Below, piece by piece: positions 46,126 to 57,029 of a DNA stretch of 64,000 nucleotides (position 1 is the stretch's first letter; every line of letters starts with the position of its first letter). A program made the position numbers and the translations under genes. Origin of the DNA: Candidatus Saccharicenans sp. Its GTDB lineage: Bacteria > Acidobacteriota > Aminicenantia > Aminicenantales > Saccharicenantaceae. The notes below the pieces were generated by a model that was not told where the DNA came from, made no database searches, and saw only the letters and a list, made by a program, of their open reading frames with translations. The stretch spans positions 2,823 through 66,822 of the forward strand of contig JBNARJ010000012.1 of the NCBI GenBank assembly GCA_049719515.1, written 5' to 3'.

Positions 46126-47225
46126 AGGAAGAAAACAGAAAGCTTTTATGCTTAGCGCTTAATTTTCTGGTGACAGAAGGGCTGGTTTCCGGCAGAAAAG
46201 CTCTGACTATTTTTGACGAACCGGAGAAGCTGTTCCAGCCGGGGGAAAGCTGGCTTGGTGCTCTTAACCTCAGCCAGAGAGCAAAGGAAAGTATATTATC
46301 GGGCCAGCTCCGAAGCCGGGCCCTCCGGGAACTTGAGAAGGCAGAGAAAAAAGAGTATACTCTTTTAACTATAGGTGACCCCGGTTACCCTGAGGCTCTT
46401 CGCCAAACCCTTGAACCACCACTTGTTCTTTACGTTAAAGGCCAGCCTGATGTGCTGAGCTGGGCAGCGGTGGCCGTCGTGGGTTCAAGGCGCCCATCGG
46501 GATACGGACGTCTGATGGCCGAAAAGCTGGCTGAAGAGCTGGCCGCCGCCGGGCTGGTAGTGGTCAGCGGGCTGGCCAGAGGCATAGATACCTGCGCCCA
46601 TCGGGGAGCCCTCAGAAGCGGTCGGACGCTTGCCGTCCTGGGTTCTGGGCTGGAAGTTATTTACCCAAGGGAAAATAAGATGCTGGCTGAAAAAATTGCC
46701 GAAAAAGGAGCGGTAGTTAGCGAATTTCCGCTGGATTCCGGCCCGGCCCGCTTCCATTTTCCGCTGCGCAACCGCATCATAAGCGGCCTCTCGCTGGGCT
46801 GCCTGGTGGTTGAAGCCAGCCGCCGGAGCGGTGCTCTGATTACGGCCAGGCTGGCCCTTGATGAGGGACGGGAAGTTATGGCCCTGCCGGGACCGGTGAC
46901 CTCAGACCTCAGCGGAGGCACCAATTTTCTGATTAAAAACGGGGCAAAATTGGTTGAAACAGCCTTTGATGTTATTACAGAATTGCCTTCTCCCTGGAAG
47001 GAGGCAGCTTTTGGTCTTCTTCAGGCCAGAACTCAACAAAAAATCGAACTGCAGGGCCAGGAGAAAGCAGTTTACGAAGCACTGCCAGACAATTCGGTTA
47101 TCCATATAGATGAACTATCTGATAGAATTCAGATGCCCGTGGCCGAGCTTTTAACTGTCCTGCTGGCTCTGGAAATGAAAGAGCTGGTGGTGCAGGAAGC
47201 CGGGAGAATGTTTCGCAGGAGATGA
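46122..47225 (+). CDS. dprA: DNA-processing protein DprA
   Basis: YPEALRQ..EPP, VVGSR, VVSGLARGID..AH, FPLRNRIISGL, SGALITA. Confidence 0.96.
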   Translation: MKEENRKLLCLALNFLVTEGLVSGRKALTIFDEPEKLFQPGESWLGALNLSQRAKESILSGQLRSRALRELEKAEKKEYTLLTIGDPGYPEALRQTLEPPLVLYVKGQPDVLSWAAVAVVGSRRPSGYGRLMAEKLAEELAAAGLVVVSGLARGIDTCAHRGALRSGRTLAVLGSGLEVIYPRENKMLAEKIAEKGAVVSEFPLDSGPARFHFPLRNRIISGLSLGCLVVEASRRSGALITARLALDEGREVMALPGPVTSDLSGGTNFLIKNGAKLVETAFDVITELPSPWKEAAFGLLQARTQQKIELQGQEKAVYEALPDNSVIHIDELSDRIQMPVAELLTVLLALEMKELVVQEAGRMFRRR

Positions 47226-47228
47226 GAA

Positions 47229-49604
47229 TTGGGTAAAGCGTTAGTTATTGTGGAATCGCCAGCTAAAGCCAAGACGGTCAACCGCTATCTCGGCTCGAAT
47301 TATTTAGTCAAAGCCTCAATGGGACACGTGTGTGACCTGCCGAAGACCAAGCTCGGCGTGGATGTTAAAAACGATTTTAAACCCACCTACCAGGTTATTC
47401 CTGAACGTCGGAAATTGGTGGCCGAGCTTAAAAAACTGGCGGCTGAATGTGAAAAAGTCATTCTGGCGGCTGACCCGGACCGGGAAGGTGAAGCCATCTC
47501 CTGGCACATCAGCCAGCTTCTGGAAAAAGAGAACCCGCACATATACCGGGCGGTGTTTCACGAGATAACCGAAGAGGCCATCAAGGAAGCCTTTTCCAAG
47601 CTGGGGCCTTTGGACCAGAATAAGATTAACGCCCAGCAGACGCGGCGAATCCTCGACCGGCTGGTGGGCTACCTGATCAGTCCGCTGCTCTGGAAAAAAA
47701 TCGGCCGCGGGTTGAGTGCCGGTCGGGTGCAGACGGTGGCCCTGCGATTAATCTGTGACCGAGAAAATGAAATAAAGAATTTTCAGCCGGAAGAGTACTG
47801 GACTATCTCAGCCATCCTGCGAGCGGAAAACCCGCCCGAGTTTAAAGCCAGCCTGGTCACGATCGATGGCAAGAAAAGCAAAATAAAGGATGAAAAGCAG
47901 GCTCAGGAAATTCTTGAAACATGCCGGAAACAACCGTTTGTTTTAGAAAAAATCCACGTTCGAGCCAAGAAAAAGAACCCGCCTGCACCTTACATTACTT
48001 CGACCTTGCAGCAGGATGCCTACCGTATTCTGAAATTCTCGGTTAAGAAGACCATGATGGTGGCTCAAAGGCTGTATGAAGGGCTGGAGCTTGGTGAACT
48101 GGGGCCGGTGGGCTTGATCACTTATATGAGAACCGATTCGGTCAGGGTGGCTGATGTGGCCCGCCAGGCGGCCAAAAAGTACATCGAGCAGCATTACGGT
48201 CCGGAATTTGTGCCTGAAAAACCCAACGTTTTTAAATCACGCAAGACAGCCCAGGAAGCACACGAAGCCATCAGACCAGCCCACCTGGATTTACCGCCGG
48301 AAAAAGTTAAGCCTTACCTGAAGAAAGAAGAATATGACCTTTATCGCTTGATCTGGAACAGGTTCCTCGCCTCGCAGATGAAGCCGGCCGAGGTGGAAGA
48401 AACTCAGTTTGACATAAAGGTGGGAAGATATGGCTTTGTGGCCAAAGGCGAGGTGGTCAAGTTTAAAGGATATTTGGTGCTTTATGAGGAACAGCACCTG
48501 AGCTTCGAAAACGGAAAAGCAGAAAAAGAAGGAAGTGCGGCAGAAGAGAAGGAAGAGACGGGGCTTCTGCCGGTCGCCCGGGAAGGAGAAATTCTTTCGC
48601 TGGTAGACATCCAGAGCAAACAGAATTTTACTCAACCACCCCCTCGCTACACTGAAGCTACCTTGGTAAAAGAGCTGGAGGCCAGGGGCATCGGTCGACC
48701 GAGCACTTATGCGCCGATCATTGCCACTCTGCAGAACCGGGTTTATGTAGTCAAGGAAGAAGGACGGTTCAAGCCGACCCAGCTGGGTATGTTTGTCACG
48801 GATTTTTTGGTCAAGTATTTCAGCGAGCTCTTTGACTACAAGTTCACGGCCCGGATGGAAGAGCAGCTTGACCGCATCTGCGACGGTGAAGCTGACTGGC
48901 TGGAAAGTCTGAGAGGGTATTACCAGCTGCTTCAGAATTATCTCGAGAAAGGCCAGGAAACAGAGTCAGTCAAAAAAAACGGCATACCGGTCGAAGAAAA
49001 ATGCCCTAAATGCGGCAGGCAGTTAGTAATTAAAGAAGGCAAATTCGGCCGATTTAAAGCCTGCTCGGGCTATCCTGAGTGCGATTATAGCGAGCCCCTG
49101 CTGAAAAAAGAAAACAAAACCCTCGACGCGAAATGTCCCAAATGCGGTTCTCCCCTGGTTTACCGTAAAGGCAAATATGGCAGTTTCATTGCCTGCTCTA
49201 ATTATCCCAAATGCAAGTATATCCATAAAGAAAAAACCGACACTGGCCTGCCCTGCCCGCTCGGTTGCGGGGGAACAATCATTAAACGCAAGACTAAAAG
49301 AGGCAAGTATTTCTATGGCTGCAGCAACTTCCCCAGATGTCGTTTTGCCACCTGGGATGAAATAGTCCCGGAAAAATGTCCAAAATGCCAGGCTCCCTTC
49401 CTGCTGAAAAAGGTGCCCAGCAAGGGGCATCCCTACATCTACTGCCAGAATTGTGATTATGTGAATTACCAGGTGGAAGGAGAAGAAGACCAGAAGTTTA
49501 AAATAGACAGGCTCGCGGAGAAAACGGTAAAAGCGGAAGAGCCCGGGAGCCCCGACCTTTCTAAAGAAAACAGTAACTCTGACAAAGATGAAGAAAGAGG
49601 TTGA
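47229..49604 (+). CDS. topA: DNA topoisomerase I with C-terminal Zn ribbons
   Basis: LVIVESPAKAKT, DPDREGE, SAGRVQ, ITYMRTDS, GIGRPSTY, repeated CPKCG motifs. Confidence 0.98.
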   Translation: MGKALVIVESPAKAKTVNRYLGSNYLVKASMGHVCDLPKTKLGVDVKNDFKPTYQVIPERRKLVAELKKLAAECEKVILAADPDREGEAISWHISQLLEKENPHIYRAVFHEITEEAIKEAFSKLGPLDQNKINAQQTRRILDRLVGYLISPLLWKKIGRGLSAGRVQTVALRLICDRENEIKNFQPEEYWTISAILRAENPPEFKASLVTIDGKKSKIKDEKQAQEILETCRKQPFVLEKIHVRAKKKNPPAPYITSTLQQDAYRILKFSVKKTMMVAQRLYEGLELGELGPVGLITYMRTDSVRVADVARQAAKKYIEQHYGPEFVPEKPNVFKSRKTAQEAHEAIRPAHLDLPPEKVKPYLKKEEYDLYRLIWNRFLASQMKPAEVEETQFDIKVGRYGFVAKGEVVKFKGYLVLYEEQHLSFENGKAEKEGSAAEEKEETGLLPVAREGEILSLVDIQSKQNFTQPPPRYTEATLVKELEARGIGRPSTYAPIIATLQNRVYVVKEEGRFKPTQLGMFVTDFLVKYFSELFDYKFTARMEEQLDRICDGEADWLESLRGYYQLLQNYLEKGQETESVKKNGIPVEEKCPKCGRQLVIKEGKFGRFKACSGYPECDYSEPLLKKENKTLDAKCPKCGSPLVYRKGKYGSFIACSNYPKCKYIHKEKTDTGLPCPLGCGGTIIKRKTKRGKYFYGCSNFPRCRFATWDEIVPEKCPKCQAPFLLKKVPSKGHPYIYCQNCDYVNYQVEGEEDQKFKIDRLAEKTVKAEEPGSPDLSKENSNSDKDEERG

Positions 49605-50475
49605 GGAATTCCTAAATTATCTCCGACTGGAGAGGAATGCTTCTCCGCACACGGTTTCTAACTACCAACGCGACCTCAAGCAGCTGGCTGAATATCTGAA
49701 AGAGGGGGGATATACCTGGCGTACGGCCGATACCATAGCCCTCAGGGGTTTCCTGGCTGAACTGCATGAACGGAAGCTTAAAAAAAGCTCCATCATCCGC
49801 AAGTTAGCCTGTTTTCGCTCCTTCTTTGAATTTTGCCTGAGGAAAAAATGGAGGGATGATAACCCGGCCAGCGTCCTGGCCACCCCGAGAAAAGAACAGC
49901 AAATCCCCGGTTTTTTGACCGAGCAAGAAACGGTCAAACTGCTGGAATGGCCGGTTGAGTTAAATGACCCGCTTGAAGTCCGCGACCGTGCTATCCTGGA
50001 ATTGCTTTATGCTTCAGGCCTCAGAGTATCGGAGCTGACCTCTCTTGACCTTGAAGACCTTCATCTTAAAGAAAGACTTGTCCGGGTAAAGGGCAAGGGC
50101 AAGAAAGAGCGCATTGTGCCTTTTGGCCGGGAGGCGGAAAAATGGTTGCGGGAGTACCTTAAGGCCCGCTTAAAAATTTCTTTAAAAGGGCCGGCCACAC
50201 AGGCCTTATTCCTCAATTATCGGGGCGAAAGGCTTACCGTCCGCTCTGTCCAGCGTTTAATCCGGCAGAGGATAAATCAGATAGCCCTTAACCGGCGGAT
50301 CAGCCCGCATTCTCTCCGTCACTCTTTTGCCTCTCATCTGCTGAGCCGCGGTGCCGACCTGAGGGCCATTCAGGAACTTCTGGGACACAAAAGCCTGGCC
50401 ACCACTCAGAAGTACACCCATCTGGACCTCAGCCGGCTGCTCGAAGTTTACCGCCGTTCGCATCCCCGCTCGTGA
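49588..50475 (+). CDS. xerC: Tyrosine recombinase XerC
   Basis: RDRAILELLYASGLRVSEL, GKGKKER, PHSLRHSFASH, LGH..LATTQKY; downstream of topA. Confidence 0.9.
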   Translation: MKKEVEEFLNYLRLERNASPHTVSNYQRDLKQLAEYLKEGGYTWRTADTIALRGFLAELHERKLKKSSIIRKLACFRSFFEFCLRKKWRDDNPASVLATPRKEQQIPGFLTEQETVKLLEWPVELNDPLEVRDRAILELLYASGLRVSELTSLDLEDLHLKERLVRVKGKGKKERIVPFGREAEKWLREYLKARLKISLKGPATQALFLNYRGERLTVRSVQRLIRQRINQIALNRRISPHSLRHSFASHLLSRGADLRAIQELLGHKSLATTQKYTHLDLSRLLEVYRRSHPRS

Positions 50476-50557
50476 GCGGTTTAAAAAGTGCGGGTACGGA
50501 AGGAAAAATCCTCCCGCACCCGCAGCCATGCCTTGAGTGCCAGATCGGTTTCTGTTT

Positions 50558-50872
50558 TTACTTGTTTTCGCCCACGGTTATCCGGTCCTTAATCTGCTCG
50601 AAAACCTTTTCTCCGATACCCCGGACTTTCATCAAATCTTCAATCTTTTTGAAAGGTCCGTTCTGTGTCCGGAAATCAACAATTCTCTGGGCGACTTTTG
50701 GCCCGATCCTGGGTAAATTCTGCAGTTCAGCCGCCGAGGCGGTGTTGATGTTGATTTTACCCTGGGCAGCCTTCGGTTGAGCCTGAGTCTGAGCTACAAC
50801 CGGGGTTAAAGTGGAAAGCAGAAGAGCCGCCGAAAGCCCGACGGCCAGTAACAGCCTGAGATTAATTCTCAT
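50558..50872 (-). CDS. comEA: ComEA-family helix-hairpin-helix DNA-binding protein
   Basis: Signal peptide; KININTAS..ELQ.LPRIGP..A.RI...R..NGPFK..EDL..VRGIG. Confidence 0.92.
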   Translation of the reverse strand: MRINLRLLLAVGLSAALLLSTLTPVVAQTQAQPKAAQGKININTASAAELQNLPRIGPKVAQRIVDFRTQNGPFKKIEDLMKVRGIGEKVFEQIKDRITVGENK

Positions 50873-50898
50873 CGTCAACCTCCTTTCGCCTTGATAAT

Positions 50899-50916
50899 AA
50901 GCAACAAGCGTGCCAA
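50899..50916 (-). promoter_or_regulatory. Sigma54 (-24/-12) promoter upstream of comEA
   Basis: Minus strand TTGGCACGCTTGTTGCTT: GG-N10-GC with TGGCACG and TTGCT, correctly placed before the SD AAGGAGG. Confidence 0.7.
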
Positions 50917-51061
50917 TCCATTGAACAGGCTAAAAAATTGATAAAAAATAAATTATAAGACTGAACCACACGTCCCCGGTAAACGACTGTTTACCCTGAG
51001 GAGAAATGGAGTAAATTCCAGTTGACGAAAGATGGGCTTTTATGAGCGGAGATGATCTGGT

Positions 51062-51691
51062 TTAGCTGCTCGGAGCCTCAGACGAGCAGTTGGCCTGAAA
51101 TTTTTCCAGAAATTTTCTGAGCTTTCTTAAGGCGCGGCCGCGATGGCTTACCAGGTTTTTTTCCTCTGCAGTCAGTTCGGCAAAAGTTTTCTTAAGCGGC
51201 TTGTAATAAAATACCGGGTCGTAGCCAAAACCTCCGCTGCCCTGCGGCTCCCTGGTAATCACACCGCGAACCTGTCCTTTAAAACTTTTAATAACCCGGC
51301 CGTTTCTGGCCAGGGTGGCCACGCACACAAACCTGGCTTTTCTCCTGGCCGGCGGGACTTTCTCCAGAAGGCGAAGAAGTTTTCTTATATTATGGCTGTC
51401 GCTTGCTCGAGAGCCGGCGAAGCGTGCCGACCTTACTCCGGGTTTCCCGGCAAGGGCTTCAACCTCAAGGCCAGAATCTTCGGCCAGCACCAGGCCGGGG
51501 TATTTGCGGCTGTAAAAAATGCTTTTGGCCCGGCTGTTTTCTTCAAAGGTTTTCCCGCGCTCGACCAGGGTGCCAAATTCGGGATAATCAGCCAGGCTTT
51601 CTATTTTAAGCCTCAACCCGCGCAGCAATTTTTTTATTTCCCGGACTTTTCCCCGGTTGGTTGTGGCCAGCAGGAGTTTTTTCTCAATCAA
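51062..51691 (-). CDS. rdgB: Non-canonical purine NTP pyrophosphatase (RdgB/HAM1)
   Basis: ATTNRGK, EDSGL, PGVRSARFAG, GFGYDP, KN.VSHRGRAL. Confidence 0.96.
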   Translation of the reverse strand: MIEKKLLLATTNRGKVREIKKLLRGLRLKIESLADYPEFGTLVERGKTFEENSRAKSIFYSRKYPGLVLAEDSGLEVEALAGKPGVRSARFAGSRASDSHNIRKLLRLLEKVPPARRKARFVCVATLARNGRVIKSFKGQVRGVITREPQGSGGFGYDPVFYYKPLKKTFAELTAEEKNLVSHRGRALRKLRKFLEKFQANCSSEAPSS

Positions 51692-52331
51692 CCTTAAATT
51701 CCTCCAACCCAGCCAGGTTCATAAGGGAATCGTTGAATTCCTGCTCTTTTTCTTCCGGGCCTGAAATAGAAAAACTGATGATGAGAGAAGAGCCTTCTTT
51801 CCGCAGGCTGAGCCTTTCCAACTTTACTCCGTGGTGGAAGCTGATTTTTCTCAGGTTTGAAAGCAGGTCGGGCGAATCTTTAAATCTCAGTTGGTAGTGG
51901 AAAATGTGTCTTTTGAGGTAAATCTCTTCGATTTTCCGGAAAGCGACCAGGGTGGCCATTACCACGGCGGTAATGATTAGGGCCGGAACATAATAGCCGG
52001 CCCCGATGACCAGACCAAGGCCGGCCACCACCCATAAAGTGGAAGCGGTGGTCAGGCCGATGACCATACCGCGGGCGTGGATGATGGTGCCGGCGCCCAA
52101 AAAGCCTATGCCGGTGACCACCCCGGCTGCCATGCGCACGAGAGTATCAGGGGCCATCTGCCCTGACTGGAAAAGCCCAACGGCCAGGCTCATCAGGGTG
52201 GTTGAACCGAGGCAGACCAGGATGTTTGTCCTGAAGCCGGCCGGTTTCTGGCTGGCTTCTCTTTCTATGCCAACCAGACCGCCGAGCGCCACAGCCAGGA
52301 CCAATTTTAACAGCAGTTCAAGTATGTTCAT
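51684..52331 (-). CDS. MgtC/SapB-family membrane protein
   Basis: LGGLVGIERE, AGFRT..LV, RMAAGVVTGIGFLGAG, GLTTA. Confidence 0.93.
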   Translation of the reverse strand: MNILELLLKLVLAVALGGLVGIEREASQKPAGFRTNILVCLGSTTLMSLAVGLFQSGQMAPDTLVRMAAGVVTGIGFLGAGTIIHARGMVIGLTTASTLWVVAGLGLVIGAGYYVPALIITAVVMATLVAFRKIEEIYLKRHIFHYQLRFKDSPDLLSNLRKISFHHGVKLERLSLRKEGSSLIISFSISGPEEKEQEFNDSLMNLAGLEEFKVD

Positions 52332-52480
52332 TTGCTCAGGGTCTCCTTCGTAAAATACTTCCCTTCTTTCAACCTGATTTTATAAGAAATAAGGTGAAAT
52401 TAGAAGAATAAATTTAATCAGCCGGACCACCCGGGGCATTAGAATTGCGCTGTTTTCTGTGCTAAAATTTTAAACAATAA

Positions 52481-53803
<1,323 letters not shown>

Positions 53804-53847
53804 TTCTGAAAGCTTAGCGAAAAAGAAAAAAATATTTGGCGAAGAAG

Positions 53848-53883
53848 TAGCCGTGACCGAGAAAGGTCGCGGCTATTTTTTTT
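53848..53883 (+). terminator. Rho-independent terminator after eno
   Basis: 11-bp stem TAGCCGTGACC / GGTCGCGGCTA (one G-U pair), 6-nt loop, followed by T8. Confidence 0.9.
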
Positions 53884-53941
53884 ATTACAGGTTTTCTTTT
53901 TTTAAGCAATTATCTTATACTTGTAAAAAAGAGGGACGCTT

Positions 53942-55153
53942 ATGAAAAAATATCTGTGGTCGGCGATAACGGTTTGTTTGCTGATGGTTATTCTGGTGAG
54001 CACGTCCACCGCCCAGAATCAAAAATTCCGGGTTAGGGTGGTGGCTGAGCAGGCCAACATCAGAGTTAAACCCGATATCGGCAGCGAAATGCTTTTTCAG
54101 GTGCCGGAAGGAACCGAGCTCGAAGCCGAGAAGAAGGAGGGAGAATGGTTCCTGGTGTTGTATGACCGGTCTGACGGAAGCAAGGGGCGGGGGTATGTGC
54201 ATGAGAGCCTGGTGGAAGTAGTCCAGCCTGATAAAACTTCAATCCAGAAAACACTTCCGCCGCCCAAGGAAACCGGAAAGGTTGAAAAACCATCTTCAGC
54301 GGGAGAAAAAAAAGCAGAAACACAGCCTGCGCCCCGGCCTTCGGTTAGGGCACAACGGAGGTTCAGCTCGAAGGATTTTTCTTTCGAGCTGTCTGGCGGT
54401 GGTTTTTATTTAAAGGCAGCCGAGATTAACCAGGCCGCTCGCGGAGTGATAGATTACTATCAGTATTATTTAGGAGAAGCGAGCAGCAGGAAAATAAGAC
54501 CGCTTCATCTCGGGTTGAATTTCGGGGCGGAAATCTTTTACCGGATCTATTCCGGCCTGTACGCTGGCTTTGGTTTTGAATACCAGCAGAGAGAAACCAC
54601 ACACAGATTAGAATATGCCGCTGGAACGGAAGGTGCTTATTCCGTGCTGGTCAGGGAAGGAATCAGAGACTGGCCTCTGCGTCTGTCGGTGATGTACGAA
54701 CCAAACGCAAATTTTTACCTTAAAGTCGGCATTGAATACCACCTGGCCAGGCTTACCTATTTTTATTCTGCTCCGCTTAGCCTGGCTGAGCCGGCTTCAG
54801 CCGCGGCCATCTGGCAGGGCAAAGCCACGGGAAACTCTTTGGGCTGGATGGAAGCAGTCGGTTATCGTTACCAGCTTACTTCCTGGCTCAAGGCTTTTGT
54901 CGAGGGTTCCTACCGCTACGTCAGGATTAAAAATTTTGAAGGCACTAACAGCTATGAGAATACACTTGGTGTGACCGGTCAGGAAAAAGGCAGGCTGTAT
55001 CAGTGGGAAGCAGAGGTGACCTCTGGCCGGACTTTCCCGGTCATGTTCATAAGAGAAACCAGGCCGACCGAGCCCGGCGTGCTTAACGTCAGGACGGCCA
55101 ATATCAGTTTCTCCGGGCTGGCCCTCCGCTTTGGTTTTCATCTGATGTTTTAA
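53942..55153 (+). CDS. Exported SH3b-domain protein with a putative C-terminal outer-membrane beta-barrel
   Basis: Signal peptide; SH3-like ANIRVKP..GSE....VP.G..L......GEW..V......GYVH; Pro/Lys linker; amphipathic strands ending LRFGFHLMF. Confidence 0.65.
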   Translation: MKKYLWSAITVCLLMVILVSTSTAQNQKFRVRVVAEQANIRVKPDIGSEMLFQVPEGTELEAEKKEGEWFLVLYDRSDGSKGRGYVHESLVEVVQPDKTSIQKTLPPPKETGKVEKPSSAGEKKAETQPAPRPSVRAQRRFSSKDFSFELSGGGFYLKAAEINQAARGVIDYYQYYLGEASSRKIRPLHLGLNFGAEIFYRIYSGLYAGFGFEYQQRETTHRLEYAAGTEGAYSVLVREGIRDWPLRLSVMYEPNANFYLKVGIEYHLARLTYFYSAPLSLAEPASAAAIWQGKATGNSLGWMEAVGYRYQLTSWLKAFVEGSYRYVRIKNFEGTNSYENTLGVTGQEKGRLYQWEAEVTSGRTFPVMFIRETRPTEPGVLNVRTANISFSGLALRFGFHLMF

Positions 55154-55439
55154 ATTCCCAGAGCTGGCCGGACCGGGGACGGGTTTGTTTACCGGCATTG
55201 GATATCTCTGAGCAGGCTGTTAATTTTAATTTGATTTATTATCATTAAATTCTTCTGTTTCTGGCAAAAATTGATGAAATGAGAAGCAGTCCTTCATCTG
55301 TCGGTTGAGCTTAATTAATTTTGTTTGCCCGCCGGGCACCTTTTTTTTTATAATGCTTCTCTCGGCTTGTTTGAAAATTTGTTTAGATGGTTTTTTTAAA
55401 CAAAGGCAATTTTGATTTGGCTACCGGCCGGAGGCTGAT

Positions 55440-56903
55440 TTGAGCCAGAACGAGAGATTCCTTTCCAGAATAGGGTTTGTGTCTGCGGCCATTGGCATGG
55501 CCGTCGGTACGGGCAACATCTGGCGTTTCCCTCGCATGGCCGCCCAGTACGGCGGAGGGGTGTTTGTTCTGGTTTATATTCTGGCTTTATTCCTCTGGTC
55601 AGCTCCGCTGCTGATGGTAGAAATGGCCATCGGTCGGACCACCAGGCTCGGGCCCATCGGAGGCTTTAGGGATTTTATCGGGCAGAAGTTCACCTGGATG
55701 GGTGGCTGGATGGCCGCCGTGTGTCTGTTGATTACTTTTTATTATGCTGTTATTACCGGCTGGTGTGCCAAGTACTTTATCCTGGCCCTTCAGGGTGGTT
55801 TAAAACCGGGGGTGGATACGGCCTCTCTCTGGACGAGCTTTCTGCACAACCGCTGGCAGAATGTTTTTTACCAGGCGTTGGCTATCGGTCTCTGTGGACT
55901 TATCATTTACAAAGGAATTCAAAAAGGGGTGGAAAAGATTAATAAAATTCTGGTGCCCTCTCTTTTTCTCTTTCTGATCATTGCGGCGGTGCGTGCGGTG
56001 ACTCTGCCCGGAGCCAGCCTGGGATTGCGCTATTTATTCATACCTGACTGGTCAAAGCTGTCTGACCCGGCCACCTGGCTTCAGGCTTTCACTCAGTCTG
56101 CCTGGTCGACCGGAGCCGGCTGGGGGCTCATGCTCACCTATGCGGTTTACACCAGCCGGAAGGACGACATTCCGCAGAATGCCCTGGTGACTGGCTTTGG
56201 GGATAATTCGGCGGCCCTCCTGGCCGGTATGGCGGTCATTCCGACCATCTTTGCCCTTACGCCGAACTTGGCCGCCGCCCGGGCCTCGCTTTCTGATAAC
56301 ATGGGCTTAACCTTCATTTCGCTGGCCGGGCTGTTCCCTAAAATGAAGGGTGGCATGGTCATCGCACCGGTCTTTTTCCTGGCCATGCTTTTTGCCGCTT
56401 TAAGCTCGTTGATTGCTCAGGTCGAGCTGGGGGCCAAGACCTTCATGGACTTCGGCTGGACCCGCAGGAAAAGCACGACCGTCATCATCCTGGTCTGCTT
56501 TATCCTCGGCTTACCTTCTGCCGCTTTTCCTTCTTTCCTGCTGAACCAGGATTGGGTCTGGGGCATGGCCCTTCTTCTGAGCGGTTTCTGGACGATGCTG
56601 GCGGCCAGAAAGTACGGGCTGGAAAAATTGCGGAAGGAAGTCAATGCGGGGGCAGAACTCAGGATGGGGAAATGGTGGGTTTTTATACTTAAATATATAT
56701 CCCCCCTGATATTCCTGGTGATGACCGGCTGGTGGTTTTATCAGGCCATTTCCTGGGATAAGAAAGAATGGTGGCATCCATTCAAAGTGAATTCGGTCGG
56801 GACCATCATCCTGCAGTGGGCCATGCTTTTGATTCTGGTCTGGCTGTTGAATAACAGGCTGGCCCTCTGGACCAGGAAACCGGCGGTCGAGGAAGAGGAT
56901 TGA
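55440..56903 (+). CDS. Sodium-dependent transporter, NSS/SNF family
   Basis: AIGMAVGTGNIWRFP, YGGG.F, AFTQSAWS, LFAALSS. Confidence 0.94.
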   Translation: MSQNERFLSRIGFVSAAIGMAVGTGNIWRFPRMAAQYGGGVFVLVYILALFLWSAPLLMVEMAIGRTTRLGPIGGFRDFIGQKFTWMGGWMAAVCLLITFYYAVITGWCAKYFILALQGGLKPGVDTASLWTSFLHNRWQNVFYQALAIGLCGLIIYKGIQKGVEKINKILVPSLFLFLIIAAVRAVTLPGASLGLRYLFIPDWSKLSDPATWLQAFTQSAWSTGAGWGLMLTYAVYTSRKDDIPQNALVTGFGDNSAALLAGMAVIPTIFALTPNLAAARASLSDNMGLTFISLAGLFPKMKGGMVIAPVFFLAMLFAALSSLIAQVELGAKTFMDFGWTRRKSTTVIILVCFILGLPSAAFPSFLLNQDWVWGMALLLSGFWTMLAARKYGLEKLRKEVNAGAELRMGKWWVFILKYISPLIFLVMTGWWFYQAISWDKKEWWHPFKVNSVGTIILQWAMLLILVWLLNNRLALWTRKPAVEEED

Positions 56904-56904
56904 C

Positions 56905-56994
56905 ATGGACCTCATCATCTGGATGGTCATAATACTCGGGCTGAATTTCGGGGGGTTGAGTTACTTGCTGTGGAGGCTGCTGAAGAAAAAGTAG
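56905..56994 (+). CDS. MetS-like NSS transporter small subunit, 29 aa (absent from the ORF track)
   Basis: MDLIIWMVIILGLNFGGLSYLLWRLLKKK*; starts 1 nt after the NSS stop; single TM helix with a GGL motif; SD GAGGA. Confidence 0.75.
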   Translation: MDLIIWMVIILGLNFGGLSYLLWRLLKKK

Positions 56995-57029
56995 CCGCCG
57001 AGTATTACGTTTTAATTAATTCGTAACAT

